Below are positions 47,490 through 57,902 of a stretch of DNA of 64,000 bases, piece after piece. The stretch's first letter is position 1; each line of letters opens with the position of its first letter. The DNA is from an uncultured Gammaproteobacteria bacterium (GTDB taxonomy: Bacteria; Patescibacteriota; Patescibacteriia; XYB2-FULL-38-15): the NCBI GenBank assembly GCA_965231095.1, contig OZ246416.1, positions 249,228 to 313,227 of the forward strand. Reading direction: 5' to 3'. Under the pieces are notes generated by a model. It was not told the DNA's origin, ran no database searches, and saw nothing but the letters and a program-made list of their open reading frames with translations. The position numbers and the translations under genes were made by a program.

Positions 47490-47957
47490 CTACGCCGCCT
47501 CACCCCGTGGAACTACGCCGCAGTCCGGACACTGGATGATCCGCTCGAACGACTTTGTGTACGTCCCGAAGGCGTGCTTGTTTCCGCAGCGGGGACAGGC
47601 GAGATCGTACTTGATCCAGTGAACGTGCTTCTCCCAGTCGCAAATCAAACATCGCAGAACAAAATACGGCGGCTTCATCTCCCTGGTCTGCATGCCGTTG
47701 TGTCCGCACCTTTGGCAAAAAAAGCCCGTGTCGCAGTGAACGCAGTGACCCTTGCCATCTGCCGGAATGGCGCAAACATGAGGATGGTGTTGCGGCGAAA
47801 TTTGCAGCCGCGCCCTTGTCAGGCGACTTTCGGCAGCCGCGCCTATCCCGACACGAACCACGCAAGCGTGACACTGCGAGCAAAGCCCTCCTTGCTTCCG
47901 CGGATGCCCGCAATTCGGGCAAGGATCTCCGTCGTATTTACCCCAAGAGTCTTCCAT
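47490..47957 (-). CDS. Multi-zinc-ribbon protein (155 aa from ATG 47957; the track's GTG start is at 48023)
   Basis: Seven CxxC pairs (CPNCG, CSQCH, CVHCD, CQRCG, CLICD, CPRCG, CPDCG); SD ggagag. Confidence 0.45.
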   Translation of the reverse strand: MEDSWGKYDGDPCPNCGHPRKQGGLCSQCHACVVRVGIGAAAESRLTRARLQISPQHHPHVCAIPADGKGHCVHCDTGFFCQRCGHNGMQTREMKPPYFVLRCLICDWEKHVHWIKYDLACPRCGNKHAFGTYTKSFERIIQCPDCGVVPRGEAA

Positions 47958-47967
47958 TTTTTCTCTC

Positions 47968-48147
47968 CTATCCGGAAACGTTCGGTCCGTAGATGGTCCG
48001 ATACGCCTCTTCAAAACGCGCACCTTCGCGTACTTTTACGGCGCGGAGTGCCGCAGTCCAAAACACAACAGACGCGCGCTCCTCAAACGACAAATTTCTC
48101 CACCACCTGAGAACTTCGCGTTGTTTTTGAGTTTCCTTCCTAGCCAT
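47968..48147 (-). CDS. Small protein (59 aa; MARKETQKQREVLRWWRNLSFEERASVVFW…), first gene of the GC-rich operon
   Basis: Not in the ORF track (below 60 aa). Strong SD aaaaggagga before the ATG; promoter TTGACT-17-TAGATT upstream (about 48185-48215, minus sense). Confidence 0.3.
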   Translation of the reverse strand: MARKETQKQREVLRWWRNLSFEERASVVFWTAALRAVKVREGARFEEAYRTIYGPNVSG

Positions 48148-48265
48148 TTTTCCTCCTTTTCTACCATAAATCTATCAAAAAACCTAAATTTAGTCAATCC
48201 CCAAAAGTTTGCCTAAAATTATAAAAAATGCTACAATTTTATACTAAATACTTTATGACATATTA

Positions 48266-48814
48266 ATGATAAAACGCGTTTTTCTTGCTATAAATATTCC
48301 TGACGAGGTCAAGCAAAAGCTTGGTCCCATTATTGAAGAATTAAAAAAATCAAATCCGGATTACGGAATAAAATGGGTTGCGGCGGAAAATTTGCATTTG
48401 ACTCTGCACTTTTTTGGCGACTTGAATGAAAAGCAAATTGCGGCGGTGGAAGAGGGGATTTGGAAGATCACAGAGCGCACGGAATCTTTTGAAATGAAAA
48501 CAGGAAATTTCGGATGTTTTCCAAACGAACAATCGCCGCATGTATTTTTTGCTTCAGTCGGAAATTCTGACGCCATTCATACTTTTATCGGAGAACTTGA
48601 AGTGTTGCTCCAAAACTTAGGGTTTGAAGTTGATCCGCGGCCATGGCGGGGTCATCTTACTTTGGGAAGAATTAAAAATTGGTCAAATTGTAAAATTACC
48701 GGCGCGCAAATTCCTGAACTCTCTTTCGCTATTAAAAGTATTGAGTTGATGGAAAGTGAATTAACACCCGATGGATCAGTGTATTCAATAATTAAGTCAT
48801 TCCCACTGAAATGA
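48266..48814 (+). CDS. thpR: RNA 2',3'-cyclic phosphodiesterase (2H family, ThpR/LigT)
   Basis: Two HxT/S motifs (HLTLHFFG; HLTLGR). Confidence 0.8.
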   Translation: MIKRVFLAINIPDEVKQKLGPIIEELKKSNPDYGIKWVAAENLHLTLHFFGDLNEKQIAAVEEGIWKITERTESFEMKTGNFGCFPNEQSPHVFFASVGNSDAIHTFIGELEVLLQNLGFEVDPRPWRGHLTLGRIKNWSNCKITGAQIPELSFAIKSIELMESELTPDGSVYSIIKSFPLK

Positions 48815-49551
48815 AAGTTAACATCCTCGGAGTATTGATTGATAATTTAAAAAAATCCGAAGTCCTTGAGGCGGTGGAGCAATTTTTATCCGACGGACGA
48901 CAGCATTATATTGTTACGCCAAATCCGGAAATAGCGGTGGCGATGCAAAAAGATAAAGAGTTTTTAGAAATTTTAAACAAAGCCGGTCTTTCCGTACCCG
49001 ACGGCTTTGGATTAATTTTAGCTTCAAAATATTTAAGCCGTCCGCTAAAAGAGAAAATTCATGGCGTTGATTTGATGGTAGACATCTGCCGCCTCGCTGA
49101 ACAAAAAAATTATTCAGTATATCTTTTGGGCGGAGAAGAGGGGATAGCAAAGAAAGCCACGGAAAATATTTTGAAAAAATTCCCCGGGCTTAGGGTGGTC
49201 GGCGCGGAGAGCGGAGGCAAAATTACCAATTTTCAATTTTCAATTTTCAATTTTCAAAAAATTAATAATGCCAAACCCAACATTTTATTTGTGGCGCTCG
49301 GGGCGGGAAAGCAAGAAAAGTTTATCTCCCAAAATTTGGCTAAAATGCCATCGGTAAAAATTGCCATGGGGGTAGGAGGGGCGTTTGATTTTATCGCCGA
49401 AAAAGTAAAACGCGCTCCGGCTTGGATGAGAAAAATCGGATTGGAATGGCTCTGGCGGCTTTTTATACAGCCGTGGCGCTGGAGAAGAATTCTAACCGCC
49501 ACAATAAAATTTAGTTGGTTAGTCATAACAAAAGGTAAAAAATATGTTTAA
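48811..49551 (+). CDS. WecB/TagA/CpsF family glycosyltransferase
   Basis: …YLLGGEEG…LFVALGAGKQE…WLWRL signature; contains an in-frame caattttcaa x3 microsatellite. Confidence 0.8.
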   Translation: MKVNILGVLIDNLKKSEVLEAVEQFLSDGRQHYIVTPNPEIAVAMQKDKEFLEILNKAGLSVPDGFGLILASKYLSRPLKEKIHGVDLMVDICRLAEQKNYSVYLLGGEEGIAKKATENILKKFPGLRVVGAESGGKITNFQFSIFNFQKINNAKPNILFVALGAGKQEKFISQNLAKMPSVKIAMGVGGAFDFIAEKVKRAPAWMRKIGLEWLWRLFIQPWRWRRILTATIKFSWLVITKGKKYV

Positions 49552-51049
49552 AAAAGAAAAAATCAGAGTCCGTATCGCGCCGTCACCAACCGGATATTTA
49601 CATATTGGAACGGCAAGAACCGCGCTTTTTAATTTTTTATTTGCCAAAAACCAGGGCGGAAAATTTATTTTACGCATTGAGGATACCGACATTGAACGAT
49701 CTGACGAAAAATTTACTAAAGAAATTATTGAAAGTTTAAAATGGCTGGGGATTGATTATGACGAGGGGCCGGACGTCGGTGGAGATTTTGGACCCTATCG
49801 ACAAAGAGAAAGATTGGAAACTTACAAAAAATATTTGCAACAATTACTGAAAGAAAATAAGGCTTATTATTGTTTTTGTTCTGAAGAAGAATTAGAGGCC
49901 GAACGCCAGGCGCAAATGAAAAGGGGAGAGGCGCCGGTTTATTCAGGACGTTGCGCAAATTTAAGCGAGGCGGAAATAAAAAAATTTATTGACGAAGGCA
50001 GGAAACCGATTATCAGATTTCGCATGTCAGATATAAAAATAATTTTTGAAGATATGATCAAGGGCGTTTTGGAATTTGAAACAAAGTTGATCGGAGATAT
50101 TGCTATCGCAAAAAATCTTGACGCCCCGCTTTATAATTTTGCCGTGGTGGTTGACGACGAAACGATGGAGATCAGCCATGTTATTCGCGGCGAAGATCAT
50201 ATTTCCAATACTCCAAAGCAAATCGCCATGATTGAAGCGCTAGGGTTTAAAAAACCAAAATATGCGCACATTCCTCTCACTCTTGCGCCGGACCGAACAA
50301 AATTATCAAAACGCCATGGAGCTACGGCAATTGCCGATTATCGCGCCATGGGCTATCTTCCCGAAGCAATGATAAATTTTATGGCCTTTATGGGCTGGAA
50401 TCCCAAAACTGACCAAGAATTTTTTACCAAGGAAGAACTGATCAAGAATTTTTCCATAGATAATATGAATAAGGCCGCGGCGATTTTCAATATTGAAAAA
50501 TTAAATTGGTTAAATGGCCATTATCTCCGCCAAATGGATTTATCCGCGCTTACCGAAAAATGCATTCCATATTTGGAAAACACAAATCTGATTGGCGGAA
50601 TAGGAAACGGTGAATGGAAAATTACAGACGGTGGGGAAACTATTATTTTTGACCAACTCAAAAAAATTATTTTCTTGGGGCAAGAAAGATTGGTAAAATT
50701 AAGCGATCTCCCGGAGCTTGTTTCTTTTTTCTTTAAAAAGGAATTGTCCTACGATAAGCAATTATTGGTTTGGAAGAAAATGACGGCGGAGGAAACCATT
50801 GGACACTTATCGGAAGTGGAAAAACTACTAACCGACATAGACGAAAAAGAATTTACAAAAGAAAATTTAGAAAAAGAAATAAAAAATTTAATAGAAAAAA
50901 ATGAACTCGGAGTGGGGGAGACACTCTGGCCGTTTAGGGTGGCCCTGACCGGGCTTAAAGCTTCGCCCCCGCCCTTTCTCGTGGCCGAGATTTTGGGAAA
51001 AGACAAAACCTTGCGAAGAATCGCTGCGGCTAAAAATTTACTGGCGTAA
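49544..51049 (+). CDS. gltX: Glutamyl-tRNA synthetase
   Basis: RIAPSPTGYLHIGTARTALFN (HIGH) and KLSKR. Confidence 0.9.
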   Translation: MFKKEKIRVRIAPSPTGYLHIGTARTALFNFLFAKNQGGKFILRIEDTDIERSDEKFTKEIIESLKWLGIDYDEGPDVGGDFGPYRQRERLETYKKYLQQLLKENKAYYCFCSEEELEAERQAQMKRGEAPVYSGRCANLSEAEIKKFIDEGRKPIIRFRMSDIKIIFEDMIKGVLEFETKLIGDIAIAKNLDAPLYNFAVVVDDETMEISHVIRGEDHISNTPKQIAMIEALGFKKPKYAHIPLTLAPDRTKLSKRHGATAIADYRAMGYLPEAMINFMAFMGWNPKTDQEFFTKEELIKNFSIDNMNKAAAIFNIEKLNWLNGHYLRQMDLSALTEKCIPYLENTNLIGGIGNGEWKITDGGETIIFDQLKKIIFLGQERLVKLSDLPELVSFFFKKELSYDKQLLVWKKMTAEETIGHLSEVEKLLTDIDEKEFTKENLEKEIKNLIEKNELGVGETLWPFRVALTGLKASPPPFLVAEILGKDKTLRRIAAAKNLLA

Positions 51050-51071
51050 AAAAATGTGCTATAATTAAATT

Positions 51072-52328
51072 ATGGTACAGAGGGTTAGGAAAATAGTGGT
51101 TATTTTAATGGCAATCTCGCTGATTGTTCCTTTTAATTTTTCTTTAATAAATACCGCCCGAGCGGAAGATGTCCCCGCCAATGAGCTTGTGCAGGAAATT
51201 TCTAATTTGGACAAAGAGCTTGACGCAAAAAGGAAAGAAATTGAAGCTCTGCAGAAAAAATCTGAAAGTTATAAGAAACAAATTGAATCAGCCCAGCGAA
51301 AATCGGCCAGCCTCGCGACGGAGTTGGCCATCTTGTCAAATAAAATCGCTAAAATAAAAATTGATATTGAGACTACGGAAAAAAAGATAGAAGCCATAAC
51401 CCTGGAAATACAAAATTTGGAGACGCAGATCCAAGGGAAAGAAACGGAAATAAATACAAATAAAAACAGAATTTCCGAATTTCTCCGCTTAATTTACAAA
51501 AATGACCAGAAAGGATATCTGGAAGTTATCGCGACCAACCAATCTTTTTCCGAAGTTTTTGGCCAGATGAAATATGTTGAAAATTTAGAAGCTGATTTAC
51601 AATCTTCATTAAACGAAATCCAGAAATTAAAGATGGCGCTTGAAGAACAAAAAAAACAGAGAGAAGGTAAAAGGGCGGAAGCAGAAGATTCAAAATTGGA
51701 GATGGCCAAAATGCAAAACTCTCTAGAGGAACAGATCGCGGGAAAAGAAATATTGCTTGATAAGACTGCTGCTTCGGAAAAACAATTTCAAAACTGGCTG
51801 CTGCAATCAAAATACGAAGAAGATCAAATAAATTCAGAAATTACTTCACTCGAGCGCACTATCAGGCAGCGGCTGGAAGAAAGTGATGAAGCTTTTTCTG
51901 ACGGGCAATCCGGGCCGGTCGCGCTTTCCTGGCCAGTTGACCCAAGTAGGGGAATCACGGCCACTTTTCACGATCCAGACTATCCTTACCGCTATATTTT
52001 TGAACATCCGGCAATTGATATTCGCGCTTATCAAGGAACGCAAATCAGAGCCCCGGCTCCCGGCTATGTTGCTAAAATTAAAAATGGGGGACAAAAAGGA
52101 TACAGTTATATAATGTTAATCCATGCCAATGGTATTTCCACTGTTTACGGTCATGTTTCAAAAATTAATGTTCAGGAAGACACTTATGTCATCAGGGGGC
52201 AGGTGATTGGCCTTTCCGGAGGCATGCCGGGCACTCCAGGAGCTGGCGGACTTACAACCGGGCCGCATTTACACTTTGAAGTTCGGCTTGACGGCATTCC
52301 GGTTAATCCGCTAGATTATTTGCCATAA
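51072..52328 (+). CDS. M23 family metallopeptidase with an N-terminal coiled-coil (EnvC-like)
   Basis: Signal/TM segment, a long coiled-coil, and a C-terminal M23 domain (HxxxD…HLHFEV). Confidence 0.8.
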   Translation: MVQRVRKIVVILMAISLIVPFNFSLINTARAEDVPANELVQEISNLDKELDAKRKEIEALQKKSESYKKQIESAQRKSASLATELAILSNKIAKIKIDIETTEKKIEAITLEIQNLETQIQGKETEINTNKNRISEFLRLIYKNDQKGYLEVIATNQSFSEVFGQMKYVENLEADLQSSLNEIQKLKMALEEQKKQREGKRAEAEDSKLEMAKMQNSLEEQIAGKEILLDKTAASEKQFQNWLLQSKYEEDQINSEITSLERTIRQRLEESDEAFSDGQSGPVALSWPVDPSRGITATFHDPDYPYRYIFEHPAIDIRAYQGTQIRAPAPGYVAKIKNGGQKGYSYIMLIHANGISTVYGHVSKINVQEDTYVIRGQVIGLSGGMPGTPGAGGLTTGPHLHFEVRLDGIPVNPLDYLP

Positions 52329-52345
52329 AAAATATCTAATTTTAA

Positions 52346-52373
52346 AACCACGTTTAATCGACGTGGTTTTTTG
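52346..52373 (+). terminator. Terminator after the M23 peptidase gene
   Basis: aaaaccacg-tttaatcga-cgtggtttttt. Confidence 0.45.
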
Positions 52374-52477
52374 ATATTAAAAATAAGTGGGGAAGTAGCG
52401 AGTTTTCTATACGCCTTGCGTCGCACAATGTATCTTATACGACGCTCTATTATATTTATTCTTGATCCTCCTTCTAA

Positions 52478-53347
52478 TTACTTATAATAAACCCTGTCCT
52501 CAAACCTCAAATCAACATATTCCAACCCCTTCCTTGCTTCCAAATTATTTTCTCCCATGAAAGCGTTCAATTTCACAATCTGCGCATTTAAATCGTTTAT
52601 AAGCGAAAAGTACGCTGCCCAACCCTCGCCAGTCACGCATTTTATAGCCGAATCGTCCTTATCGGTCATCATAAAATTAGAAATACTAAGCCCGGTGGCG
52701 CGCGGGAAATTGTTTTGCAGGTCATTTATATCGTAAATTTCTTCCGCGGCTAAAATATTTTCCTTAATTTCCACAGTTGAATTGCTCTCATCAAAAACCG
52801 TGGCCATTTTCGCCCCAGGATTATTTACAGGGTACTCCAATACCTCTGTTTTCGGAATTTCGCGAATTATTGCGCCGTCCCAATCAACCAGATAAAGTTT
52901 CTCCGCCGATTTCCAAATTATCGCGGGCTTCTTCTCCTCCAGGGAAATTTTAATATTCCCGGGCAAACTTTTATCAATTTGTAGAAATTCCAATGAATAT
53001 TTTTCATTTAATTTTTCCGCGATACCTTTTTCATCAAAAATAAAAATATTACTCTGGCTAAAAACAAAAAATCTCCTGCTCTTCGTCTGTGCGTCAACTG
53101 CGGCGCGCATTTCGTCGTAATTTATTTTTTCCAATCCGGAAATTTCAATATTTTTTATGCCAAAATAGGGCGAGAAAAAAATAAAATAAAGCAAGCCGAG
53201 TGTAAAGATAAAAAATAATAGCGCAAGCAATTTCCCGCGCCAACTTCTTTTTTTGCCAAAATATTTGCGCAAACCCACTCCCCTTTTGCCGCCGCCAAAA
53301 AACGGGTTTGTATAGCTTTTTCTATGATAATCTTTTATCCTCCCCAT
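52478..53347 (-). CDS. Cell division protein FtsQ/DivIB-like (POTRA)
   Basis: A single TM after a basic N-terminus, then a POTRA-like IKNIEISGLEKINYDEMRAAVD. Confidence 0.65.
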   Translation of the reverse strand: MGRIKDYHRKSYTNPFFGGGKRGVGLRKYFGKKRSWRGKLLALLFFIFTLGLLYFIFFSPYFGIKNIEISGLEKINYDEMRAAVDAQTKSRRFFVFSQSNIFIFDEKGIAEKLNEKYSLEFLQIDKSLPGNIKISLEEKKPAIIWKSAEKLYLVDWDGAIIREIPKTEVLEYPVNNPGAKMATVFDESNSTVEIKENILAAEEIYDINDLQNNFPRATGLSISNFMMTDKDDSAIKCVTGEGWAAYFSLINDLNAQIVKLNAFMGENNLEARKGLEYVDLRFEDRVYYK

Positions 53348-53451
53348 GCGCGCTTCATTATGTGTCGTAAAATACTAATACTCTTTTGTCTTTATATTTT
53401 TATTTTACAGACTAAAGTCTGCCTGCTGATCTCCACTTTGGAGTCCACCCT

Positions 53452-54582
53452 TTAGGGTGTAATCCTCTGAATCAACGGGTTAATTCTTGTCACCACTTCG
53501 TAATTTATCGTTCCGATTTTTCCCGCTAAATCTTCCGCGGTTATTTCTTCTTTTCCTTGCCGGCCGAGGAGTACGACTTCGTCCTCAAGTTCTATTTTTT
53601 CCACGTCAGTGACGTCAATAATAATCATATTCATGCAAACGCGGCCTAAAACTTTACATCTTTTTCCGCGAATTAAAACGTTTCCAACATTTGAAAGTTT
53701 ACGGTCATAGCCGTCGTAATAGCCAATCGGTAAAATGGCGATTTTTGAATCGCGACTCGTGCGTTCACTTAAACCATAACCAATCGGTGTACCGGACGGA
53801 ATATTTTTAATCTGCGCAACGATCGTTTTCCATGTCAACGCTGGCTTTAATTCTAATTCCAGATTTTTATTTTTTGCCACAGCTTTTGTTTCTTTCGAAG
53901 ACCAAAGTCCATACATACTAATCCCAAGCCGCACCATTTCAAAACGCGTTTCAGGAAATAAAATTGTGGCCGCGGAACAGGCCGTGTGCCGAAGCGGAAT
54001 TTCCGCACCAACTTTATTTAAAATTTCCGCGGCGCGGGAAAACGCCGAAAGTTGCTCCATGGCAAAACTTGAATCGGTTGTGTCTTCAATGTTGGCGTAG
54101 TGAGTAGAAATCCCCTGAATCTCAATTGAGGGAAATTGTTTTATAAATTTTACAAAATCGGCCAGATCTTTTTCCAAAACTCCTTGCCGCGCCGTGCCGG
54201 TCTCAATTTTAATATGAACTTTTGGATTTAAATTTGGATTGTGAATGGGAATTTTTCCAAGTTTTTCGATCGTTTCCTTGTTATAAACTGTCAAACTGAT
54301 ATTATTTTTTACCGCCTCTTTTAAATCTTTTAATTCCGTGTAACCCAAAATTAAAATCGGTTTTTTGATAGCGACTTGCCGCAATTTCATGGCTTCAGCA
54401 AACGAGTCCACGCCAAGCCAATCAACTTTATCAGAAATAACGCCGGCCACTTCAATTAAGCCATGACCATAAGCGTTGGCTTTCACCACGCCCATTATTT
54501 TAATTTGTTCACCAATTAATTTTTTAAACTGCTCCAGATTATGGAGCAAGTTATTTTTATTTATTTCAATCCAAGTTTTCAT
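53452..54582 (-). CDS. alr: Alanine racemase (the track ORF starts at TTG 54624; ATG at 54582)
   Basis: PLP site VVKANAYGHG; C-terminal beta domain. Confidence 0.85.
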   Translation of the reverse strand: MKTWIEINKNNLLHNLEQFKKLIGEQIKIMGVVKANAYGHGLIEVAGVISDKVDWLGVDSFAEAMKLRQVAIKKPILILGYTELKDLKEAVKNNISLTVYNKETIEKLGKIPIHNPNLNPKVHIKIETGTARQGVLEKDLADFVKFIKQFPSIEIQGISTHYANIEDTTDSSFAMEQLSAFSRAAEILNKVGAEIPLRHTACSAATILFPETRFEMVRLGISMYGLWSSKETKAVAKNKNLELELKPALTWKTIVAQIKNIPSGTPIGYGLSERTSRDSKIAILPIGYYDGYDRKLSNVGNVLIRGKRCKVLGRVCMNMIIIDVTDVEKIELEDEVVLLGRQGKEEITAEDLAGKIGTINYEVVTRINPLIQRITP

Positions 54583-54590
54583 TATCAAAT

Positions 54591-55883
54591 TTATTTTTTC
54601 GCCCTTATCACTTTCACCCCGCAATATTTTTGTAAAACTTTTGGAATTTTTACGCTGCCATCTTTTTGCTGATAATTTTCCAAAATGGCAATCAGGATTC
54701 TCGGCGTTGCAATGACCGTATTATTCAACGTATAAACCAATTCCGTTTTTCCATCTTTATTTTTATATTTAATATTCAGTCGGCGCGCCTGCCAGTCGGT
54801 CAAATTGGAATCGGAATGCGTTTCGCCATAAAAATTCCGCGCTGCCATGGACGGCATATATGTCTCTATATCATACATTTTATATTTTCCCGTTCCCATG
54901 TCGCCGGTTGATAATTGCACCACGCGGTATGGAAGCCCAAGGTCAGAGAGCATTTCCTCGGCAATTCCGCGCATTTTTTCCAGCCACTCCAATGATTCTT
55001 CCAAATTATTTTTGCAAAGCACAACTTGCTCAACTTTCATAAACTCATGAATCCGATAGAGTCCCTTTGTATCTTTTCCATAGCTTCCGATTTCCGAGCG
55101 ATAACACGGAGAAAAGCCGCAAACTTTTATTGGCAAATCTTTTTCTTCCAAAGTTTTGTCGGAAAAATAGGCGAGGAGCGACGGCTCAGAAGTACCGGCC
55201 AAAAAAGTTTCTTCTTTTGTACTTCCGTCGGAGAGTCGTCCGGGATTTCCGATCTGGTAAATTTCATCTTTTCCTTCAGGGAAATGCCCGCTGCCCAAAA
55301 GCGCAAATTCACGAAGCAAGGTCGGCGTCGTCATTAAGTCAAATCCGTGTTTTTTCATTTTGTTAATCGCGAGCCAAAGCAGGGCAAAATGCAAAAGAAC
55401 AGCTTCATTTTTTAAATAATAGCCGCGATAGCCGGAAGTTTTTGCCCCGGCCTCGAGATCTAGTAAATCTAATTCTTTCCCGAGGGTAATATGGTCTTTT
55501 GGTTCAAAATTAAATTTTGGCAACTTCCCGTGGCGAGAAATTTCTTTGTTCGCACTATCGTCGGGTCCGACTGGCGTGTCGGCCGAATAAATATTTGGAA
55601 CTAAAAGCATTAGATCATAATATTCTTTTTCTACTTCAGCGAGCCTCGCGTCCATCTCTTTAATTTTTCCGCTCAACTCTTTCAAGGCCGCTATCTCTTC
55701 CGGTCCGGGTTTTGTTTTTGACCGCTTATTCAAATCAGCTTTAAATTTTTCTACTTCAGAAATTAAATTCCGCCGCGCCTCATCGGCTGCGAGCAATTTA
55801 TCAATATCAACCTTGCTGTTTTTATTTTTTGCCACCTCTTTTATCAACTCCGAATTTTCTCTGATAAATTTTATGTCCATCAT
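54591..55883 (-). CDS. serS: Seryl-tRNA synthetase
   Basis: N-terminal coiled-coil arm; class II motifs (…FRSE…; GSGLA-like). Confidence 0.9.
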   Translation of the reverse strand: MMDIKFIRENSELIKEVAKNKNSKVDIDKLLAADEARRNLISEVEKFKADLNKRSKTKPGPEEIAALKELSGKIKEMDARLAEVEKEYYDLMLLVPNIYSADTPVGPDDSANKEISRHGKLPKFNFEPKDHITLGKELDLLDLEAGAKTSGYRGYYLKNEAVLLHFALLWLAINKMKKHGFDLMTTPTLLREFALLGSGHFPEGKDEIYQIGNPGRLSDGSTKEETFLAGTSEPSLLAYFSDKTLEEKDLPIKVCGFSPCYRSEIGSYGKDTKGLYRIHEFMKVEQVVLCKNNLEESLEWLEKMRGIAEEMLSDLGLPYRVVQLSTGDMGTGKYKMYDIETYMPSMAARNFYGETHSDSNLTDWQARRLNIKYKNKDGKTELVYTLNNTVIATPRILIAILENYQQKDGSVKIPKVLQKYCGVKVIRAKK

Positions 55884-55887
55884 AAAT

Positions 55888-56301
55888 TTATTTATTCAAA
55901 ATTTTAGACGATTTATATTTTTTTGGCTTGTAAGATTTTAATCTGAAAATTTTTGCTTCCACTCCCCTTCTCTGCAATTCTGCCGAAAAATTTTTCGGCG
56001 CGCCTTGATCATAACCCAAGCAAATCACTCCTGGTTTATATTTTAAAATAATTTTATACCAATCAAATTTATCGCCCAAAACCGCTTCATCCACAAGTTT
56101 TATCGCGCCAACCATTTCCCGCCGCGCCCGTTCATCAAGTTTTGGAAAAAATCCTTTTATTTTTTTAACCGTCTCGTCGCGTGCAATTACCACAACCAAA
56201 TAGCGCCCTAGTTTTTTTGCCTGCCGAAAAAAAGAAAGGTGGCCGGGATGCAAAATCGCAAAAGTGCCGAAAACCATTACTTTCTTTCCGGTCTTGGACA
56301 T
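55888..56301 (-). CDS. Cytidylyltransferase/adenylyltransferase-like nucleotidyltransferase (137 aa)
   Basis: (H/T)xGH motif: GTFAILHPGHLSF. Confidence 0.6.
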   Translation of the reverse strand: MSKTGKKVMVFGTFAILHPGHLSFFRQAKKLGRYLVVVIARDETVKKIKGFFPKLDERARREMVGAIKLVDEAVLGDKFDWYKIILKYKPGVICLGYDQGAPKNFSAELQRRGVEAKIFRLKSYKPKKYKSSKILNK

Positions 56302-56302
56302 A

Positions 56303-57778
56303 TTATTTATTTTCCGGTTTTAGGGTTGGAAATAAAATTACTTCTTTAATATTGTGCGAATTTGTAAGAAGCGCGGTCAACCGGTCAATTCCCATTCCGA
56401 GTCCGGCGGTCGGCGGCATGCCGTGTTCCAGGGCGGCAATGAAATCTTCATCTATTCTCATTGCTTCCTCGTCTCCGGCGGTGCGCATTTTCTGTTGAGA
56501 CTCAAATCTTTCCCGCTGATCAATTGGATCGTTTAATTCGGAAAAGGCATTCATTAATTCCGTGCCGGCCACGAGTAACTGAAATCTTTCCACATACCGC
56601 GGATCGCCTGAAACTTTTTTGGCAAGCGGTGAAAGTTCAATCGGATGGTTAATGACAAAAATCGGATTAACAATTTTTGGCCGGACAACTTTTTTAAAAA
56701 TCTCATCCATTATTTTTCCTCGGTCGTCGGAGGGCAAAATTTCCAAACCTAACTCCCGAGCTTTTTTAGCCATGTTTTCGCGATCGGGATATTGCTCAAT
56801 GTCGCAGCCGCCAAACTTTATTAAAATATCCCGGAAAGTAATTCGCTCATAAGGCGGCGTAAAATCAATCGTGTCTTTTTCATAAACTGTTTTCATTTCT
56901 CCGCCATTTGTTTTTTTCATTAAATAAACAAAAAACTTTTCCATCATTTTCATCAAATCCTGGTAATCGGCGTAGGCGCGATAAAGTTCAACTTGGGTAA
57001 ATTCCGGATTATGCGACCAATCAATTCCTTCATTTCTAAAACATCTGGCAATCTCAAAAACTTTTTCAAATCCTCCGACCACGAGTTTTTTTAAATAAAG
57101 TTCCGGGGCAACGCGAAGATAAAAATCGGTATCAAGAGCGTTGTGGTGCGTGATAAATGGTCTGGCCGTCGCTCCTCCGGGAATAGGCTGGAGAATCGGA
57201 GTTTCCACTTCCATAAATCCATCGCGCTCCAAAAAATCTTTAATGGTTTTTATAATTAAACTCCTTTTCTTAAAAATTTCCCGAACGCTCGGGTTCGCGA
57301 TCAAATCCAAATATCTCTGGCGATAACGAATTTCCACGTCAGAGAGCCCATGCCACTTTTCCGGTAGCGGCGCTAAAGTTTTAGTTAAAAGTTTCAACGC
57401 TTCCACTTCCAAGGTTTTCTCGCCGGTTTTTGTCGTGAAAAGCGTTCCTTTTACCCGGACGAAATCACCGATGTCAACTAATTCTTTAAAAAATTTATAT
57501 GGTTTCGCGCCAAAATGATCTTCGCGAAAAAACAATTGGATTATTCCGGTTTCGTCTTCCAAATTGGCAAAAGCCGAGCCGCCGTGAAGCCGGACACTTT
57601 TCAGCCGCCCAACCAAAGAAATCATCTTTTTCCCGGCGCTGAATTTATCAAAATTATCCAAAACTTGGCTTACCAAATGGCTTCGTTTGGCAGTCGAAGG
57701 ATATGGATTAACTTTTTGTTGCCTAATTTCCTTTAATTTTTCCAATCTGGCTAGCCGTTCGTCGGTTGATTTTTCCAT
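56303..57778 (-). CDS. lysS: Lysyl-tRNA synthetase (class II)
   Basis: OB-fold N-terminus and class II core (…FRNEG…; GLGMGIDRL). Confidence 0.9.
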   Translation of the reverse strand: MEKSTDERLARLEKLKEIRQQKVNPYPSTAKRSHLVSQVLDNFDKFSAGKKMISLVGRLKSVRLHGGSAFANLEDETGIIQLFFREDHFGAKPYKFFKELVDIGDFVRVKGTLFTTKTGEKTLEVEALKLLTKTLAPLPEKWHGLSDVEIRYRQRYLDLIANPSVREIFKKRSLIIKTIKDFLERDGFMEVETPILQPIPGGATARPFITHHNALDTDFYLRVAPELYLKKLVVGGFEKVFEIARCFRNEGIDWSHNPEFTQVELYRAYADYQDLMKMMEKFFVYLMKKTNGGEMKTVYEKDTIDFTPPYERITFRDILIKFGGCDIEQYPDRENMAKKARELGLEILPSDDRGKIMDEIFKKVVRPKIVNPIFVINHPIELSPLAKKVSGDPRYVERFQLLVAGTELMNAFSELNDPIDQRERFESQQKMRTAGDEEAMRIDEDFIAALEHGMPPTAGLGMGIDRLTALLTNSHNIKEVILFPTLKPENK

Positions 57779-57902
57779 ATTTTTAAGGTTGTTTTAAACA
57801 ATTTATTGCTTTAATTTTATCTTAATTTAAGAATAATGTCAAAATTTTAATTTGCGAAAAATATCCTATTTGGTAAGATAAAAATTAAGGAGGGAGTAAA
57901 CA

